From the NCBI GenBank assembly GCA_944387455.1, contig CALXEY010000001.1:1-63367 (forward strand): 63,367 nucleotides of DNA, read 5' to 3'. This document shows positions 17,278 through 27,432 of the stretch, piece by piece. This DNA comes from an uncultured Clostridia bacterium (GTDB taxonomy: Bacteria; Bacillota; Clostridia; TANB77; CAG-508). Every line of letters begins with the position of its first letter. The stretch's first letter is position 1. The notes under the pieces are model-generated. The model made no database searches. It had not been told where the DNA came from and saw nothing but the letters and a program-made list of their open reading frames with translations. The translations under genes and the position numbers were made by a program.

Positions 17278-17841
17278 TTATATACCATACATACCTGTTG
17301 TTATATCACGAAATAAGTTTACTTCTGGTGGTACATATGTAAATATTATAAAACATAAAAGTAAAAATAATAAAATTATAATTGATAAACTAGTTGTTAG
17401 AACTGTACTTTCATCTTTTCTTTTCATAAGCCTATATGCTACATATTCTCCTAATATTATACTTAATATAAATATTAAAATATCTATTACAATTATGCTT
17501 GTTCCTATTATTCCTGAATATGTATAAAAACTTACTATTATAAAAAATATAGCTGTAAATATTCCTATTGTTTTTGCTTCTATATAATTATTAACATCTT
17601 TTTTTACAAAGAAATATTCTATTATCATTGCTATTAACATTGGATAAAATACTAATTTTAAATGTTCCCATACACTTTCATTTACTGCACTAAAACTTCC
17701 AACAAATAGATTATTTCCAGACCACTGGTATGTAAAATGTAATAATGTTCCTAATACTAAACTAAATAATATTACTATTAATTGTGCTTTTATTAGTTTA
17801 CTTTCTTTTATTTTATTAAATAAACTTTTTAAAAACTCCAT
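17278..17841 (-). CDS. Integral membrane protein, function unknown
   Basis: 187 aa with about 6 hydrophobic segments. Confidence 0.6.
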   Translation of the reverse strand: MEFLKSLFNKIKESKLIKAQLIVILFSLVLGTLLHFTYQWSGNNLFVGSFSAVNESVWEHLKLVFYPMLIAMIIEYFFVKKDVNNYIEAKTIGIFTAIFFIIVSFYTYSGIIGTSIIVIDILIFILSIILGEYVAYRLMKRKDESTVLTTSLSIIILLFLLLCFIIFTYVPPEVNLFRDITTGMYGI

Positions 17842-17892
17842 ATTAGATAAGCCTCCTTTATTAATTCTTATGCTAATATAGAGTTTTTATTA

Positions 17893-19383
17893 CTAAAACA
17901 TTAGATTTTCTACATTTAATATTTCTTCTTTATCTTGTTTTTCTATTTCTTCTTTTCTATATGTACAAATCTTAAATTCATTTTTATTATCAAATTTGAA
18001 TTTTAATACTTTTGTGAAATTATCTGTTACTGGCTTTCCATATTCTTCTATTATAAAACTTGCATTGTGTTTTCTTAATGTATCAAACGTGTTCATAAAG
18101 CCCATACCGGTACCACCTGAATCTTTATGTGTTGTTGCTGGTTTCTTTCCTAATTTTAAAAATGTTTCTATTTCAAATTCTATACCTGAGTCATATACAT
18201 ATAAACCATAAGTTCCGTCTAATCTTCCAAGTCTTACTAATATACTTTTATTAATATTCTCACTATACTCAATTGCTATGATTGCATTTTTTATATGGTC
18301 TGCTAATAATATTTCTAATTCATCTTTACTTACATAGTTATTTATCATTTTATAGATGTTGCCACTTAATTGTAATTGAAAGTCTATTTTCTTCTTCGAA
18401 CATTCTGATTTCATATAGTCTAATACATCATCTATCTCAACAATTCCTGTTTTAGCTAATACTATTACTGGTTCTTTTCTTATATCTTTTCCAACTTTTT
18501 CTATTCTTGATTTTATATCCATTTCTGATATTTCACTTTTCATACTTAATTCTTCTAATTTATGTTCTAATATATCTTGCCTATGTGATATTGAATGACT
18601 TCTTTTACCTGATTTTATTATTTCTTTTTCTAATTCTTTTATCCTATTATTCTTTTCTTCCAATTCCGTCTTTGTTTCTTCTAAATCTTTTACTAACATT
18701 TTCTGTTTATAGTATAGCTGTAATGCCTCTTTTATTGTAAAAAACATTATAATACAAAATATAATCAAACCCATCATCAGTTTTGATGTAATCATTTCTT
18801 TATAACTTGATAATAAAATAACTATAAATAAAATTATTATACTAATATTTATTACTAATATATCAACAAACTCATTTTTTAATTTATCCTTTAAAAATAT
18901 TAAACCTTTTTTAAACTTTTTTATTCTATTAACATATATTATTAAACTTGAATAAATACATATCATTATTATTAGAGTTATATATTCATTCTGAATATTT
19001 ATTAAAATTACTGGTATAAAAGTTAATAATATACTTAGAAAAAACAGAATATAATTAATACTTAAAGATATATTTGTAATCAACAATTGTTGTGGAAAAT
19101 TATTACTTTCTTTTGTGTTACAAATTATACTTATTAAAATAACCATACTGATAATCGCATATACATTTCCTATTGATTTTTCTAATATTTTTGCAATTAT
19201 AGCAATTATAAAAATGTATGTTATTTTTATGATAGATATTCTTTTATTAGTTATTCTTAAATTTGTATAATATGTATAAAAACAAATAAAGAATATTTTC
19301 ATTAAGTCTACTATATTTTGAATACTCTCCTTTTGAAATATTATATTTTCCATTATTACCTTCTTTCTTATATTATTATACAT
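17893..19383 (-). CDS. Membrane-bound GHKL-type sensor kinase-like protein (AgrC-like architecture)
   Basis: Polytopic N-terminal half, then a coiled coil, then a C-terminal ATPase-like region with ..DSGGTGMGF... An alternative start is ATG 19353 (MENIIFQ). Confidence 0.6.
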   Translation of the reverse strand: MYNNIRKKVIMENIIFQKESIQNIVDLMKIFFICFYTYYTNLRITNKRISIIKITYIFIIAIIAKILEKSIGNVYAIISMVILISIICNTKESNNFPQQLLITNISLSINYILFFLSILLTFIPVILINIQNEYITLIIMICIYSSLIIYVNRIKKFKKGLIFLKDKLKNEFVDILVINISIIILFIVILLSSYKEMITSKLMMGLIIFCIIMFFTIKEALQLYYKQKMLVKDLEETKTELEEKNNRIKELEKEIIKSGKRSHSISHRQDILEHKLEELSMKSEISEMDIKSRIEKVGKDIRKEPVIVLAKTGIVEIDDVLDYMKSECSKKKIDFQLQLSGNIYKMINNYVSKDELEILLADHIKNAIIAIEYSENINKSILVRLGRLDGTYGLYVYDSGIEFEIETFLKLGKKPATTHKDSGGTGMGFMNTFDTLRKHNASFIIEEYGKPVTDNFTKVLKFKFDNKNEFKICTYRKEEIEKQDKEEILNVENLMF

Positions 19384-19390
19384 AAAACCA

Positions 19391-19430
19391 AAAGGATAAT
19401 CAATATTACTTTTTATATTGATTATCCTTT
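19391..19430 (-). terminator. Hairpin plus U-rich tract between the 15-aa peptide gene and the kinase gene (terminator/attenuator)
   Basis: 16-bp perfect stem AAAGGATAATCAATAT/ATATTGATTATCCTTT, followed on the minus strand by TGGTTTT. Confidence 0.6.
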
Positions 19431-19451
19431 TTATTGTTATTTATTTTTATA

Positions 19452-19499
19452 TTATATCCATAAACTTACCCATTTAGCCAGTAACTCTAACCAGTCCAT
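19452..19499 (-). CDS. 15-aa Trp-rich peptide MDWLELLAKWVSLWI (candidate signalling or leader peptide)
   Basis: A strong RBS (GGGTGGTGAGAG) lies 2 nt before the ATG at 19499. A locally GC-richer patch is followed by the hairpin at 19391-19430. Confidence 0.4.
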   Translation of the reverse strand: MDWLELLAKWVSLWI

Positions 19500-19548
19500 A
19501 CTCTCACCACCCTTTCTTCTTTAGTATTTTTTTGTTTCCTTTGTCATT

Positions 19549-19586
19549 AAAAAAATACCATTGAGTGGCTTAGCTCTAATGGTATT
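19549..19586 (-). terminator. Rho-independent terminator after the response-regulator gene
   Basis: Stem AATACCATT../..AATGGTATT, followed on the minus strand by T7. Confidence 0.7.
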
Positions 19587-19637
19587 TCGTGATGAGAAAA
19601 TATGGTATAAAATAAAAAAACCTAGTATTTTTTAATA

Positions 19638-20423
19638 CTAGATTTCTTTCTTAATTTTATCTACATAGAAATAAATGAATTCCATTGGTGTAGGTATTCC
19701 AGTTTTATAATTAATTTTAGCAGTATAATAAATTAGTAAATCATCTACAGATGAAGCTCTCCAAGCGTGGATAATAGCATTTTTGATACCATTTGTAATT
19801 GTAGTTTCAGACTTTTTATGAATTTTAGTTAAATATTGAATAACATTTAAATCACTATCTTCATTTTGTATCAAATACATAATAGCATCAAAAATATATT
19901 TTCTGCCTTTCATCTTATTAGAAATACCTATCAAATCAAGTTCATAATTAATTAAGTATGATATTTTATCTTCCTCTGACTCTAATTCTTCCTTAAAAGT
20001 TTTAACATCAGCTTCTCTAGAATTATCTCTATATCTTAAAAAACTATTTAAAACATAATCAGGAGAATATTTTGGATGGTCTTTGTATGCAATCAAATCT
20101 ACTTTCTCTTTATGAAGTATTTGATAAGTTGTATCTGAATTTATATGTGTTGTTACAATTATTATTGGTTTAAAATTCAAATTCATTTTCCTTAAATTTG
20201 GTATAAACTCCAATGAATCAGTATTACCACCACTTCTACTATTGTTTAGTTCTATATCTAAAACAATACCGTCTGGGTGCTTCAATCTTGTAAGTTTCAA
20301 ACCTTCTACATCTGAATCAGTTATTCCAACTAATTCAAAATCATCTCTTTTGTTAATACAATCTCTAAAATTGTTACACTCATTTACATCATCTTCAATA
20401 ATTAAAATTTTCATTGGTTTCAT
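19638..20423 (-). CDS. Response regulator with a Spo0A-C-like DNA-binding domain
   Basis: REC domain (KILIIEDD.., ..DGIVLDIEL..) and a C-terminal pattern (..KGRKYIFDAIMYL.., ..NGIKNAIIHAWR.., ..GIPTPMEFI..) resembling Spo0A_C. Confidence 0.6.
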   Translation of the reverse strand: MKPMKILIIEDDVNECNNFRDCINKRDDFELVGITDSDVEGLKLTRLKHPDGIVLDIELNNSRSGGNTDSLEFIPNLRKMNLNFKPIIIVTTHINSDTTYQILHKEKVDLIAYKDHPKYSPDYVLNSFLRYRDNSREADVKTFKEELESEEDKISYLINYELDLIGISNKMKGRKYIFDAIMYLIQNEDSDLNVIQYLTKIHKKSETTITNGIKNAIIHAWRASSVDDLLIYYTAKINYKTGIPTPMEFIYFYVDKIKKEI

Positions 20424-20565
20424 TTTTAAACTCCTCCTTTGCTTTTTTTACATTACATAATATACCATAAAGTTCTATAAAATACTATATTTCACTATTA
20501 TTTTTATTTACGCAATTGTCATTTTTATATTGTACAATGAACAAAAAGTATAAAGGGTGAGATGT

Positions 20566-20925
20566 ATGGGAAGAAAAAATAGTAGTGAAATTAATATTGA
20601 AAAAATAGAACAAGAAAAACAAGGTTTAAGAATTAAAAACATAAGAGAAAATGAATTAAAAATGAATAAAACACAATTAGCTAAAGAAATAGGTATTTCT
20701 AGTCAATTCTTAGGCTTAGTAGAAGAAGGAAAAGGCAATTTAGTTTATAGTAGTTTAAAAAGATTAAGAAATATAAGTGGTCATTCTGCTGATTACATAT
20801 TATTTGGTTTAGATGATAATTCGATTAATAAAACAAAAGAATTATTAAATAATTATTCAGAACTAGAAATAACAGAAACAATAGATTTTTTAAAACATTT
20901 AATAATACTTATGAGAAATATTTAA
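20566..20925 (+). CDS. XRE-family HTH regulator
   Basis: ..LKMNKTQLAKEIGISSQFLGLVEEGKGNL.. ATG at 20566 follows AAGGGTGAG. Confidence 0.75.
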   Translation: MGRKNSSEINIEKIEQEKQGLRIKNIRENELKMNKTQLAKEIGISSQFLGLVEEGKGNLVYSSLKRLRNISGHSADYILFGLDDNSINKTKELLNNYSELEITETIDFLKHLIILMRNI

Positions 20926-20972
20926 GAAAAAAATAAAGCATAGAAATTTGTTTTCTATACTTTATTTTAATT

Positions 20973-21329
20973 TTATTTTCTAAAAGTTTCTTTCCACTCT
21001 TCCTCTCTAAACCCTGTAAGAATTTTGTTTTCAGTAATTACAAGTGGTCTTTTAATAAGCATCCCATCACTTGATAATAATTTTATTTTTTCTTCATCTG
21101 TCATATTTATTAGTTTTTCTTTTAAATTAAGTTCTTTATATTTTAAACCACTTGTGTTAAAGAATTTTTTAATATCTTTTTTACTCTCTTTTATCCATTT
21201 TTTTAATTCTTCTTCAGTTGGTGTATCTTCTACAATATTTCTATCTGTGAACTCTATATTATTATCTAATAACCATTTTTTAGCCTTCTTACAAGTAGAA
21301 CATTTTGGATATTCTATAAACAAAACCAT
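20973..21329 (-). CDS. ArsC/Spx-family protein (arsenate reductase-like, thioredoxin fold)
   Basis: YPKCSTCKKAKKWL..IEF..R.. and a C-terminal ..IKRPLV.. pattern. Confidence 0.75.
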   Translation of the reverse strand: MVLFIEYPKCSTCKKAKKWLLDNNIEFTDRNIVEDTPTEEELKKWIKESKKDIKKFFNTSGLKYKELNLKEKLINMTDEEKIKLLSSDGMLIKRPLVITENKILTGFREEEWKETFRK

Positions 21330-21331
21330 AT

Positions 21332-22114
21332 CTACACCCCCACACTCATTGTTTCTGGTAATGTTGAACCACCATCTATTACAAAACTTTGACCTGTAAT
21401 ATAAGAAGCCTCTTCGCTTGCTAAAAATGCTGCAAGTTCTCCTAATTCTTCTATTGTACCAAGTCTACCCATAGGAATACCTTTAGCAATTCCTTTTACA
21501 ACTGAATCTGGGTTATTACTATCAGAATCTTTTGCAATACCTTCAACCATTGGAGTCATAATATAACCTGGAAGAATAGCATTTACTCTTATTTTCTTAC
21601 TTACAACTTCAGCAGCTAGTCCTTTTGTAAAACCTAGTAATGCCGCTTTTGTTGTAGCATAGGCAACTTCTCCAGTATCTGCAACCATTGTACCTGTTAC
21701 AGAAGAAAGATTAACAATTGAAGCACCTTCCTTCATATATGGTAAAACTTCTTGAGCCATATTCCAGGCTCCTTTAATATTAATATCAAAATGGAAATCT
21801 CTAATCTCATCTGTCGTTTCTAAAAATGGTGTAAGTTTTGCAACTCCGGCATTATTTACTAAAATATCTATTTTTCCATATTCTTCCATAACCTTAGCTA
21901 CGCATTCTTTAATAGTTTTTCTATTTCTTATATCTGCAAAAAAGCCTTTAACCTCTTTTCCTTGTTTTTTTAGCTCCATTACAGTTTCCACTAATTTTTC
22001 CGAATAATCAAAAATTGCAACTTTAGCTCCGTATTTTAAGAAAACCTCTACAATTCCTAAGCCATTTCCCATAGCTCCACCTGTTACGATAGCAACTTTA
22101 TTTTCTAATTTCAC
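21332..22114 (-). CDS. SDR family oxidoreductase (3-oxoacyl-ACP reductase-like)
   Basis: TGGAMGNGLG, NNAG and YATTKAAL motifs. Confidence 0.88.
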   Translation of the reverse strand: MKLENKVAIVTGGAMGNGLGIVEVFLKYGAKVAIFDYSEKLVETVMELKKQGKEVKGFFADIRNRKTIKECVAKVMEEYGKIDILVNNAGVAKLTPFLETTDEIRDFHFDINIKGAWNMAQEVLPYMKEGASIVNLSSVTGTMVADTGEVAYATTKAALLGFTKGLAAEVVSKKIRVNAILPGYIMTPMVEGIAKDSDSNNPDSVVKGIAKGIPMGRLGTIEELGELAAFLASEEASYITGQSFVIDGGSTLPETMSVGV

Positions 22115-22181
22115 TATTTAAACACTTCCTTTCCTTTTTTCTTATTTTATCATTTGAAATCATTTATAACAATATCATTTT

Positions 22182-23264
22182 TTATTCTTCTGATATTTCT
22201 TCTGGCATATTTTCATATAAAGGTATTATAAAATTAAGATTAGAATCTACTGTATTAGAATATTCATAAATAGATTTCATATTTTTTGCTTCAGAAGTTG
22301 GTGCAAGTAAGTTTTGCATATACTGGTGTTTATATAAACCTTCTATTTTTACAACATCAAATTTTTGTAAGTATAATGTATTTTGCCCTTCATTTATATA
22401 GCCTTCTTTCATATAACCTATTCCACCCACAATTGCTTTTTCTAAACTATCCCAACCTTGCTCATATGCATATGCCGCAGCATTATTTAATATTTCATCT
22501 CTAGAATTTCCAATTGCATTTATGTTAAAAGGGTTATATACAATAGCTCCATTATACTCATATCCTTTAGACATAGTAGTTCCATCTCTTCCTTGTTCTT
22601 GTATTAACCTTGATGCTATAAAATATGGGTCTAAATTAGATTTTTTTCCCGCCTCTATTATAGCCCTGCAAATACTATCACCTTCTAAAAAAGTTCCATT
22701 TGTTATTTCTTCTAAGCCTTCTATTGTTTGTGCATTTTCAACATAATTTAATTCTTTAAATTGGAAAATATTTTCTTCATTTAAGATGTTTCTTGAATCC
22801 ATTTTATATTTTATAGCTTTATCAGAAGCACACATCCAAGTACCATTATCAAATCTTTTATCTTTATCAATTTCACATTTCCAGTCATCTGGATATTCAG
22901 AAGAATCTGGTACTAGATTAGAAGGATATAAATTCCCATCTATATGCCCTTCATTTTCAATTACTTCGTTCCAATCTAATTTTGTATAAAATAAAGTAAA
23001 TATCCAATTAGGGTGATTTTCTTGTAATTTGTCTATTAATTCTTTATATCCTGGATATTTTTCCTCATTTAAATTTTCACCATTATAAATTACATATTTT
23101 TGTTTTTTACTTTCTTCTACTATCATTGAAACTCCTATAGAAATTACTACTAAAATTATTATTGCTATTAATAAATTTCTAACTTTTTTAGGGTTTTCTC
23201 TACAAAAATTTATTACTTTTCTTATTAAATTGTTTTTATTATTAATATTTTTATATCTTTCCAT
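22182..23264 (-). CDS. Membrane-anchored glucosaminidase-domain (GH73-like) peptidoglycan hydrolase
   Basis: N-terminal TM segment and the C-terminal stretch ..DPYFIASRLIQEQGRDGTTMSKGYEYNG..YNPFNINA... The likely start is MERYKN at 23264. Confidence 0.65.
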   Translation of the reverse strand: MERYKNINNKNNLIRKVINFCRENPKKVRNLLIAIIILVVISIGVSMIVEESKKQKYVIYNGENLNEEKYPGYKELIDKLQENHPNWIFTLFYTKLDWNEVIENEGHIDGNLYPSNLVPDSSEYPDDWKCEIDKDKRFDNGTWMCASDKAIKYKMDSRNILNEENIFQFKELNYVENAQTIEGLEEITNGTFLEGDSICRAIIEAGKKSNLDPYFIASRLIQEQGRDGTTMSKGYEYNGAIVYNPFNINAIGNSRDEILNNAAAYAYEQGWDSLEKAIVGGIGYMKEGYINEGQNTLYLQKFDVVKIEGLYKHQYMQNLLAPTSEAKNMKSIYEYSNTVDSNLNFIIPLYENMPEEISEE

Positions 23265-23362
23265 ATTTTTTATTATAACATAGTTAAATTTTTTTAAAAC
23301 TATTTTTACAAAAAATTCACAAAATAAAAAGCCCATATATTTTTATATATGAGCCTTTTTTA

Positions 23363-23779
23363 TTATTCTATTGGAATATATTTCTTTTCTGGAAGTTCTT
23401 TTTTGTCCTCTTTTTTAGGAATTTCAAGTCTTAAAGTTCCATTTGTAAATTTAGCTTTAATATCTTCTTCCTTAACATTATCTCCTACATAGAAACTTCT
23501 TGAACATTCCCCAGTATATCTTTCTTTTCGTACATATTTTCCTTTTTCGCTATCATCTTCTGATTTATCAACTTTTGCGTGTACTGTTAAATATCCATCT
23601 TGTATTTCTACTTTGATTCCGTCTTTTTCATATCCTGGTAAGTCTATATCAATTACGTATTTGTCTTTTTTCTCCTTTATGTCTGTTTTCATTAATTTAC
23701 TTTCACTTTCTGTGAAAAATGGATCTCTAAACATTTCATCCCATAAATCAAAATCGTGTCTTCTTGGTATCATCATCAT
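23363..23779 (-). CDS. Hsp20/alpha-crystallin family small heat-shock protein
   Basis: ..DIKEKKDKYVIDIDLPGYEKDGIKVEIQDGYLTVHAK....GTLRLEIPK. ATG at 23779 lies 9 nt after AGGAG. Confidence 0.9.
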   Translation of the reverse strand: MMMIPRRHDFDLWDEMFRDPFFTESESKLMKTDIKEKKDKYVIDIDLPGYEKDGIKVEIQDGYLTVHAKVDKSEDDSEKGKYVRKERYTGECSRSFYVGDNVKEEDIKAKFTNGTLRLEIPKKEDKKELPEKKYIPIE

Positions 23780-23900
23780 AATAATCAACTCCTCTTTTTT
23801 TATTTTATGTGTTGACACCATTTTGCTGGTAGCACATATTTGATTTTTAATAAAAGTACTTTTATTTTTTTCTTTTTACATTTATATTATACAACTATTT

Positions 23901-23927
23901 TTAGCAAAGTCAATAGCAGAGTGCTAA
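23901..23927. promoter_or_regulatory. CIRCE-like operator (HrcA site) upstream of hsp20
   Basis: TTAGCAAAG-N9-GAGTGCTAA against the consensus TTAGCACTC-N9-GAGTGCTAA. The right half is perfect; the left half matches 6 of 9. Confidence 0.6.
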
Positions 23928-24080
23928 AATTCACAAAACTTTCACATTTCTTGTGTATACAACCATTTTCTAAGCTAAAACAAACTTAAGATTAATATTT
24001 TTATATAATATTTAACCACAAAATGTGTTGTAGTTTAAAATATTTTATAAAATGTTAAAACTAGGAATAAGATCCTAGTT

Positions 24081-24674
24081 TTACATAAGCCACAATTTAT
24101 CTTCTATTGTATTACATCTCATTACTCTAGAAATATTCCAATTTAATAATCTATGAATTTTCTTATTTTCTTCTAAAAACAATATTTTTGTTAATACTTT
24201 ATATTGTATACAAGAAGAAATAATATCTAACCTAAGATTCATAATTGTAGAATTTTTGATTACTTCATCTTCATCTTTTTTATTATAAAACCTAATTAGT
24301 TTTCTAAAGAAATTAATCATACTTAGAGAATTTATTTCTTTGTTTAACTTTTTCATTTCTTTTTTATTACTATAAACTAAAAATAATTCTTCTTCTAATT
24401 CCTCATCACGTTTATTTTCCTTAAATAAATTATAAAGATATATATACCTAAAATTTATAGTAGAATGACTAATTTTAGAGAAATCTTTTTCTTTATATAT
24501 TCTATTTACAAAATAACTATCGCCATAAATAAGGCAGTAAAGCATAATTTTCTCATCTCTAAAATCTGATAAGCTATTCCTTTCATTTTCTTCTTCCATA
24601 ACATCTAAGCATAATTTCTTACAATAATCATTTGGTATATTATTTCTTATTATATTTGCTAAATCTTTATCCAT
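24081..24674 (-). CDS. Hypothetical protein (197 aa)
   Basis: The ORF overlaps the upstream CYTH gene by 8 nt. I recognise no family. Confidence 0.5.
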   Translation of the reverse strand: MDKDLANIIRNNIPNDYCKKLCLDVMEEENERNSLSDFRDEKIMLYCLIYGDSYFVNRIYKEKDFSKISHSTINFRYIYLYNLFKENKRDEELEEELFLVYSNKKEMKKLNKEINSLSMINFFRKLIRFYNKKDEDEVIKNSTIMNLRLDIISSCIQYKVLTKILFLEENKKIHRLLNWNISRVMRCNTIEDKLWLM

Positions 24675-25251
24675 TATTCTCTCCTAATATTACTTTTTCT
24701 AATTCTACTTCTGCTTTCTTTACAAAAAAGTTGCTAGTATCAATTGGTAAATTTAATTTTAGTAATTTTTCTTTTAATTCTTTGGTAGTTCTAAAACCCT
24801 CTATATCTTGTGTTTCTACTTCCATTAAAATATCACCATTTTTTATATCTTTAAAAGCTAATTTTAAACCATCTTTACTATAACAAATATCTTTTTCAGA
24901 AATATTCATTACATTTTTATAACCAATCGCTTCTAAAAACTTTTTTGCTTTATCAATATCTAAGATATCACACTCAAATTTTTCTTGTTCTAATATATCT
25001 CCGTTTTCATTTATATTTTTCTTCTTAAACACTAATACTTTATCATTTCTGACTTTTCTTATAATAATAGCTTTTTTTATAATTTCTCTAATAGTTTCAC
25101 TTTTTATATCCACATCTTTTGGAATAAAGTAATTATCTTCACACGTAAATTTATCACTTAGTTTAAAACCTTTATTTATTAATATTTTTTCCATTTCTTT
25201 AATACTTACATTTACTTTTACAGTAATTTCATTACTATTTACATTTCCCAT
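24667..25251 (-). CDS. CYTH-domain protein (class IV adenylate cyclase / triphosphate tunnel metalloenzyme-like)
   Basis: The EITVKV start, alternating beta-strand pattern and ..DILMEVE.. motif are typical of the CyaB/CYTH family. Confidence 0.6.
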   Translation of the reverse strand: MGNVNSNEITVKVNVSIKEMEKILINKGFKLSDKFTCEDNYFIPKDVDIKSETIREIIKKAIIIRKVRNDKVLVFKKKNINENGDILEQEKFECDILDIDKAKKFLEAIGYKNVMNISEKDICYSKDGLKLAFKDIKNGDILMEVETQDIEGFRTTKELKEKLLKLNLPIDTSNFFVKKAEVELEKVILGENNG

Positions 25252-25261
25252 TTTTTTCTCC

Positions 25262-26911
25262 TTAATTTTTACTAATTACTTTATAGAAAGAATATCCACC
25301 TGTAATGTTATAAACATCAAAACCATTTTGGACTAAAATTCTACACGCAAGATAACTTCTAAGACCTGTTCTACAATAAATTAAATATTTCTTAGTTTTA
25401 TCTAATTCATTTAATCTTTTTCTTAAATCATCTAATGGAATATGTATAGCATTTTCAAAATGTCCTCTTTCATATTCTTCATCTGTTCTTACATCTAAAA
25501 TTAAATATTTTTCCCTTTTCTTTAAATCTTCTACTTCTTGCCACGTAACTGTTCTTACTAATCTTTCTATATTATTTACTATGCTATTTCCTAAAATGTT
25601 TACAGGACTTTTAGCAGAAGAATATGGTGGTGCATAGCATAATTCTAATTTTTCTAAATCATATGCAGTCATTTTCATTTTTACCGCCACTGCTAAAATA
25701 TCACAAATTTTATCCACACCTTCTTTTCCCCATACTTGTCCTCCATATATTTGTCCATTTCCTCTATTATACCAACATTTTATTAATATAGGTGTTGAGC
25801 CTGGATAATAGCTTGCGTGTGAGTTTGGTGATATTATAATTGAACTTGCACTTAAATGTTTTTCTTGACAAGTTTTCTCATTTAAACCTGTCATTGCTAA
25901 ACTATAATCAAATATTTTTATAATACTACTACCTATACTTCCTTCATATGGGTTTATTTTTCCTGCAATATTATTTGCAACTATCCTTGCTTGTCTATTT
26001 GCTGGACCTGCTAAAGGTGTATAATTACTATATCCTGTAACTGTATTTTCTGTAATTATAACATCTCCTATTGCATAAATATCTTTATTTTTTGTCTGTA
26101 AATATTCATTTACATCAATAGCACCATTATATCTTACTGTTAACCCAGAAACTAAACCTATTACGCCTTCTGGTTTTACTCCAATACTTAATATAACAAA
26201 ATCAGCTTTTAATTCTCCATTATCTAATATAACATTTAATTTATCTCCATCTTGTTCTATTTCAGATAAACCATTATTTAAAATAATATTAATTCCATTT
26301 TTACGTAATTCTCTATGTACAAAACAAGCCATATCTTTGTCTAAAGGTCCTATTAAATGGTCATTACTTTGAACTATTGTTATATTTAAGTCTTCATAAT
26401 TTCTTAAGTTCTCTGCCATTTCCACACCAATATAACCACCACCAACTATTACGACATCTTTTACATTACCACTTTTAATATGTTGTTTTATTGCTTGTGC
26501 ATCTTCTATTGTTCTTAACGTTTTTACTCTCTCGTTTCCTTCTAAAAAATCTACGTGATTTATTGGTTCTGCTCCTGTAGATATAATTAATTTATCATAA
26601 GTTTCTTCATATTGCTCTTTACCATCTTTCTTTTCTACTAAAATTTTCTTTTCTTCTTTATTTATTTTTAACACCTTTTGTCTGATTCGTACATCTATAT
26701 TAAATCTTTGTTTAAAGCTTTCTGGTGTTTGTAGTAATAAATCATCTTTATCTTTTATAACATCACCTATATAATATGGAAGTCCGCAATTTGCAAAAGA
26801 TATATGATTCCCTTTATCTATCATTATTATTTCTGCTTTTTCATCTAATCTTCTAAGTCTTGCAGCTGTTGTTGCTCCACCTGCTACTCCTCCAATTATT
26901 ACTATTTTCAT
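25262..26911 (-). CDS. CoA-disulfide reductase / NADH oxidase-family flavoprotein with a C-terminal rhodanese domain
   Basis: KIVIIGGVAGG, the redox cysteine motif SFANCGLPYY, and rhodanese CRTGLRS. Confidence 0.88.
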   Translation of the reverse strand: MKIVIIGGVAGGATTAARLRRLDEKAEIIMIDKGNHISFANCGLPYYIGDVIKDKDDLLLQTPESFKQRFNIDVRIRQKVLKINKEEKKILVEKKDGKEQYEETYDKLIISTGAEPINHVDFLEGNERVKTLRTIEDAQAIKQHIKSGNVKDVVIVGGGYIGVEMAENLRNYEDLNITIVQSNDHLIGPLDKDMACFVHRELRKNGINIILNNGLSEIEQDGDKLNVILDNGELKADFVILSIGVKPEGVIGLVSGLTVRYNGAIDVNEYLQTKNKDIYAIGDVIITENTVTGYSNYTPLAGPANRQARIVANNIAGKINPYEGSIGSSIIKIFDYSLAMTGLNEKTCQEKHLSASSIIISPNSHASYYPGSTPILIKCWYNRGNGQIYGGQVWGKEGVDKICDILAVAVKMKMTAYDLEKLELCYAPPYSSAKSPVNILGNSIVNNIERLVRTVTWQEVEDLKKREKYLILDVRTDEEYERGHFENAIHIPLDDLRKRLNELDKTKKYLIYCRTGLRSYLACRILVQNGFDVYNITGGYSFYKVISKN

Positions 26912-26967
26912 AAATGCCTCCTTAAAATAAAATTAGTCTAGAAAAAATCTAAACTAATTTTATATTT

Positions 26968-27423
26968 TTATTTTACTAAATTTAAAACTTCTTGTTTATC
27001 AATTAAACCAACTGAACGATTTACCTCGTTTCCATTTTTAATAACAACTAATGTTGGTATTGACATTACTTGGTATTTTATAGCTGTATTTTGTGATTCA
27101 TCTACATTTACTTTTACAACTTTAATATCATCATTTTCCTTAGCTACTTCATCTACTATTGGTGATAACATTTTACAAGGACCACACCAATCTGCATAGA
27201 AGTCTACTAATACTGGTATATTACTATTTAATACTTCTTGTTCAAAATTCTCGTCTGATACTTTTATAATATTCATATTCTCTTCCCCCTCATTTAATAT
27301 ATTTGTATTTTCTTTGCTTTCTTGTATAGTTTCTTCTCCTTGCTTGTTTACAAATCTACTTGCTAGAATTATAGCTATTACAAGAATTACAAAAATTATA
27401 AACCATATTATTTTATTTTTCAT
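26968..27423 (-). CDS. Membrane-anchored thioredoxin
   Basis: N-terminal TM segment plus the WCGPC active site. Confidence 0.88.
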   Translation of the reverse strand: MKNKIIWFIIFVILVIAIILASRFVNKQGEETIQESKENTNILNEGEENMNIIKVSDENFEQEVLNSNIPVLVDFYADWCGPCKMLSPIVDEVAKENDDIKVVKVNVDESQNTAIKYQVMSIPTLVVIKNGNEVNRSVGLIDKQEVLNLVK

Positions 27424-27432
27424 ATACTCTCC

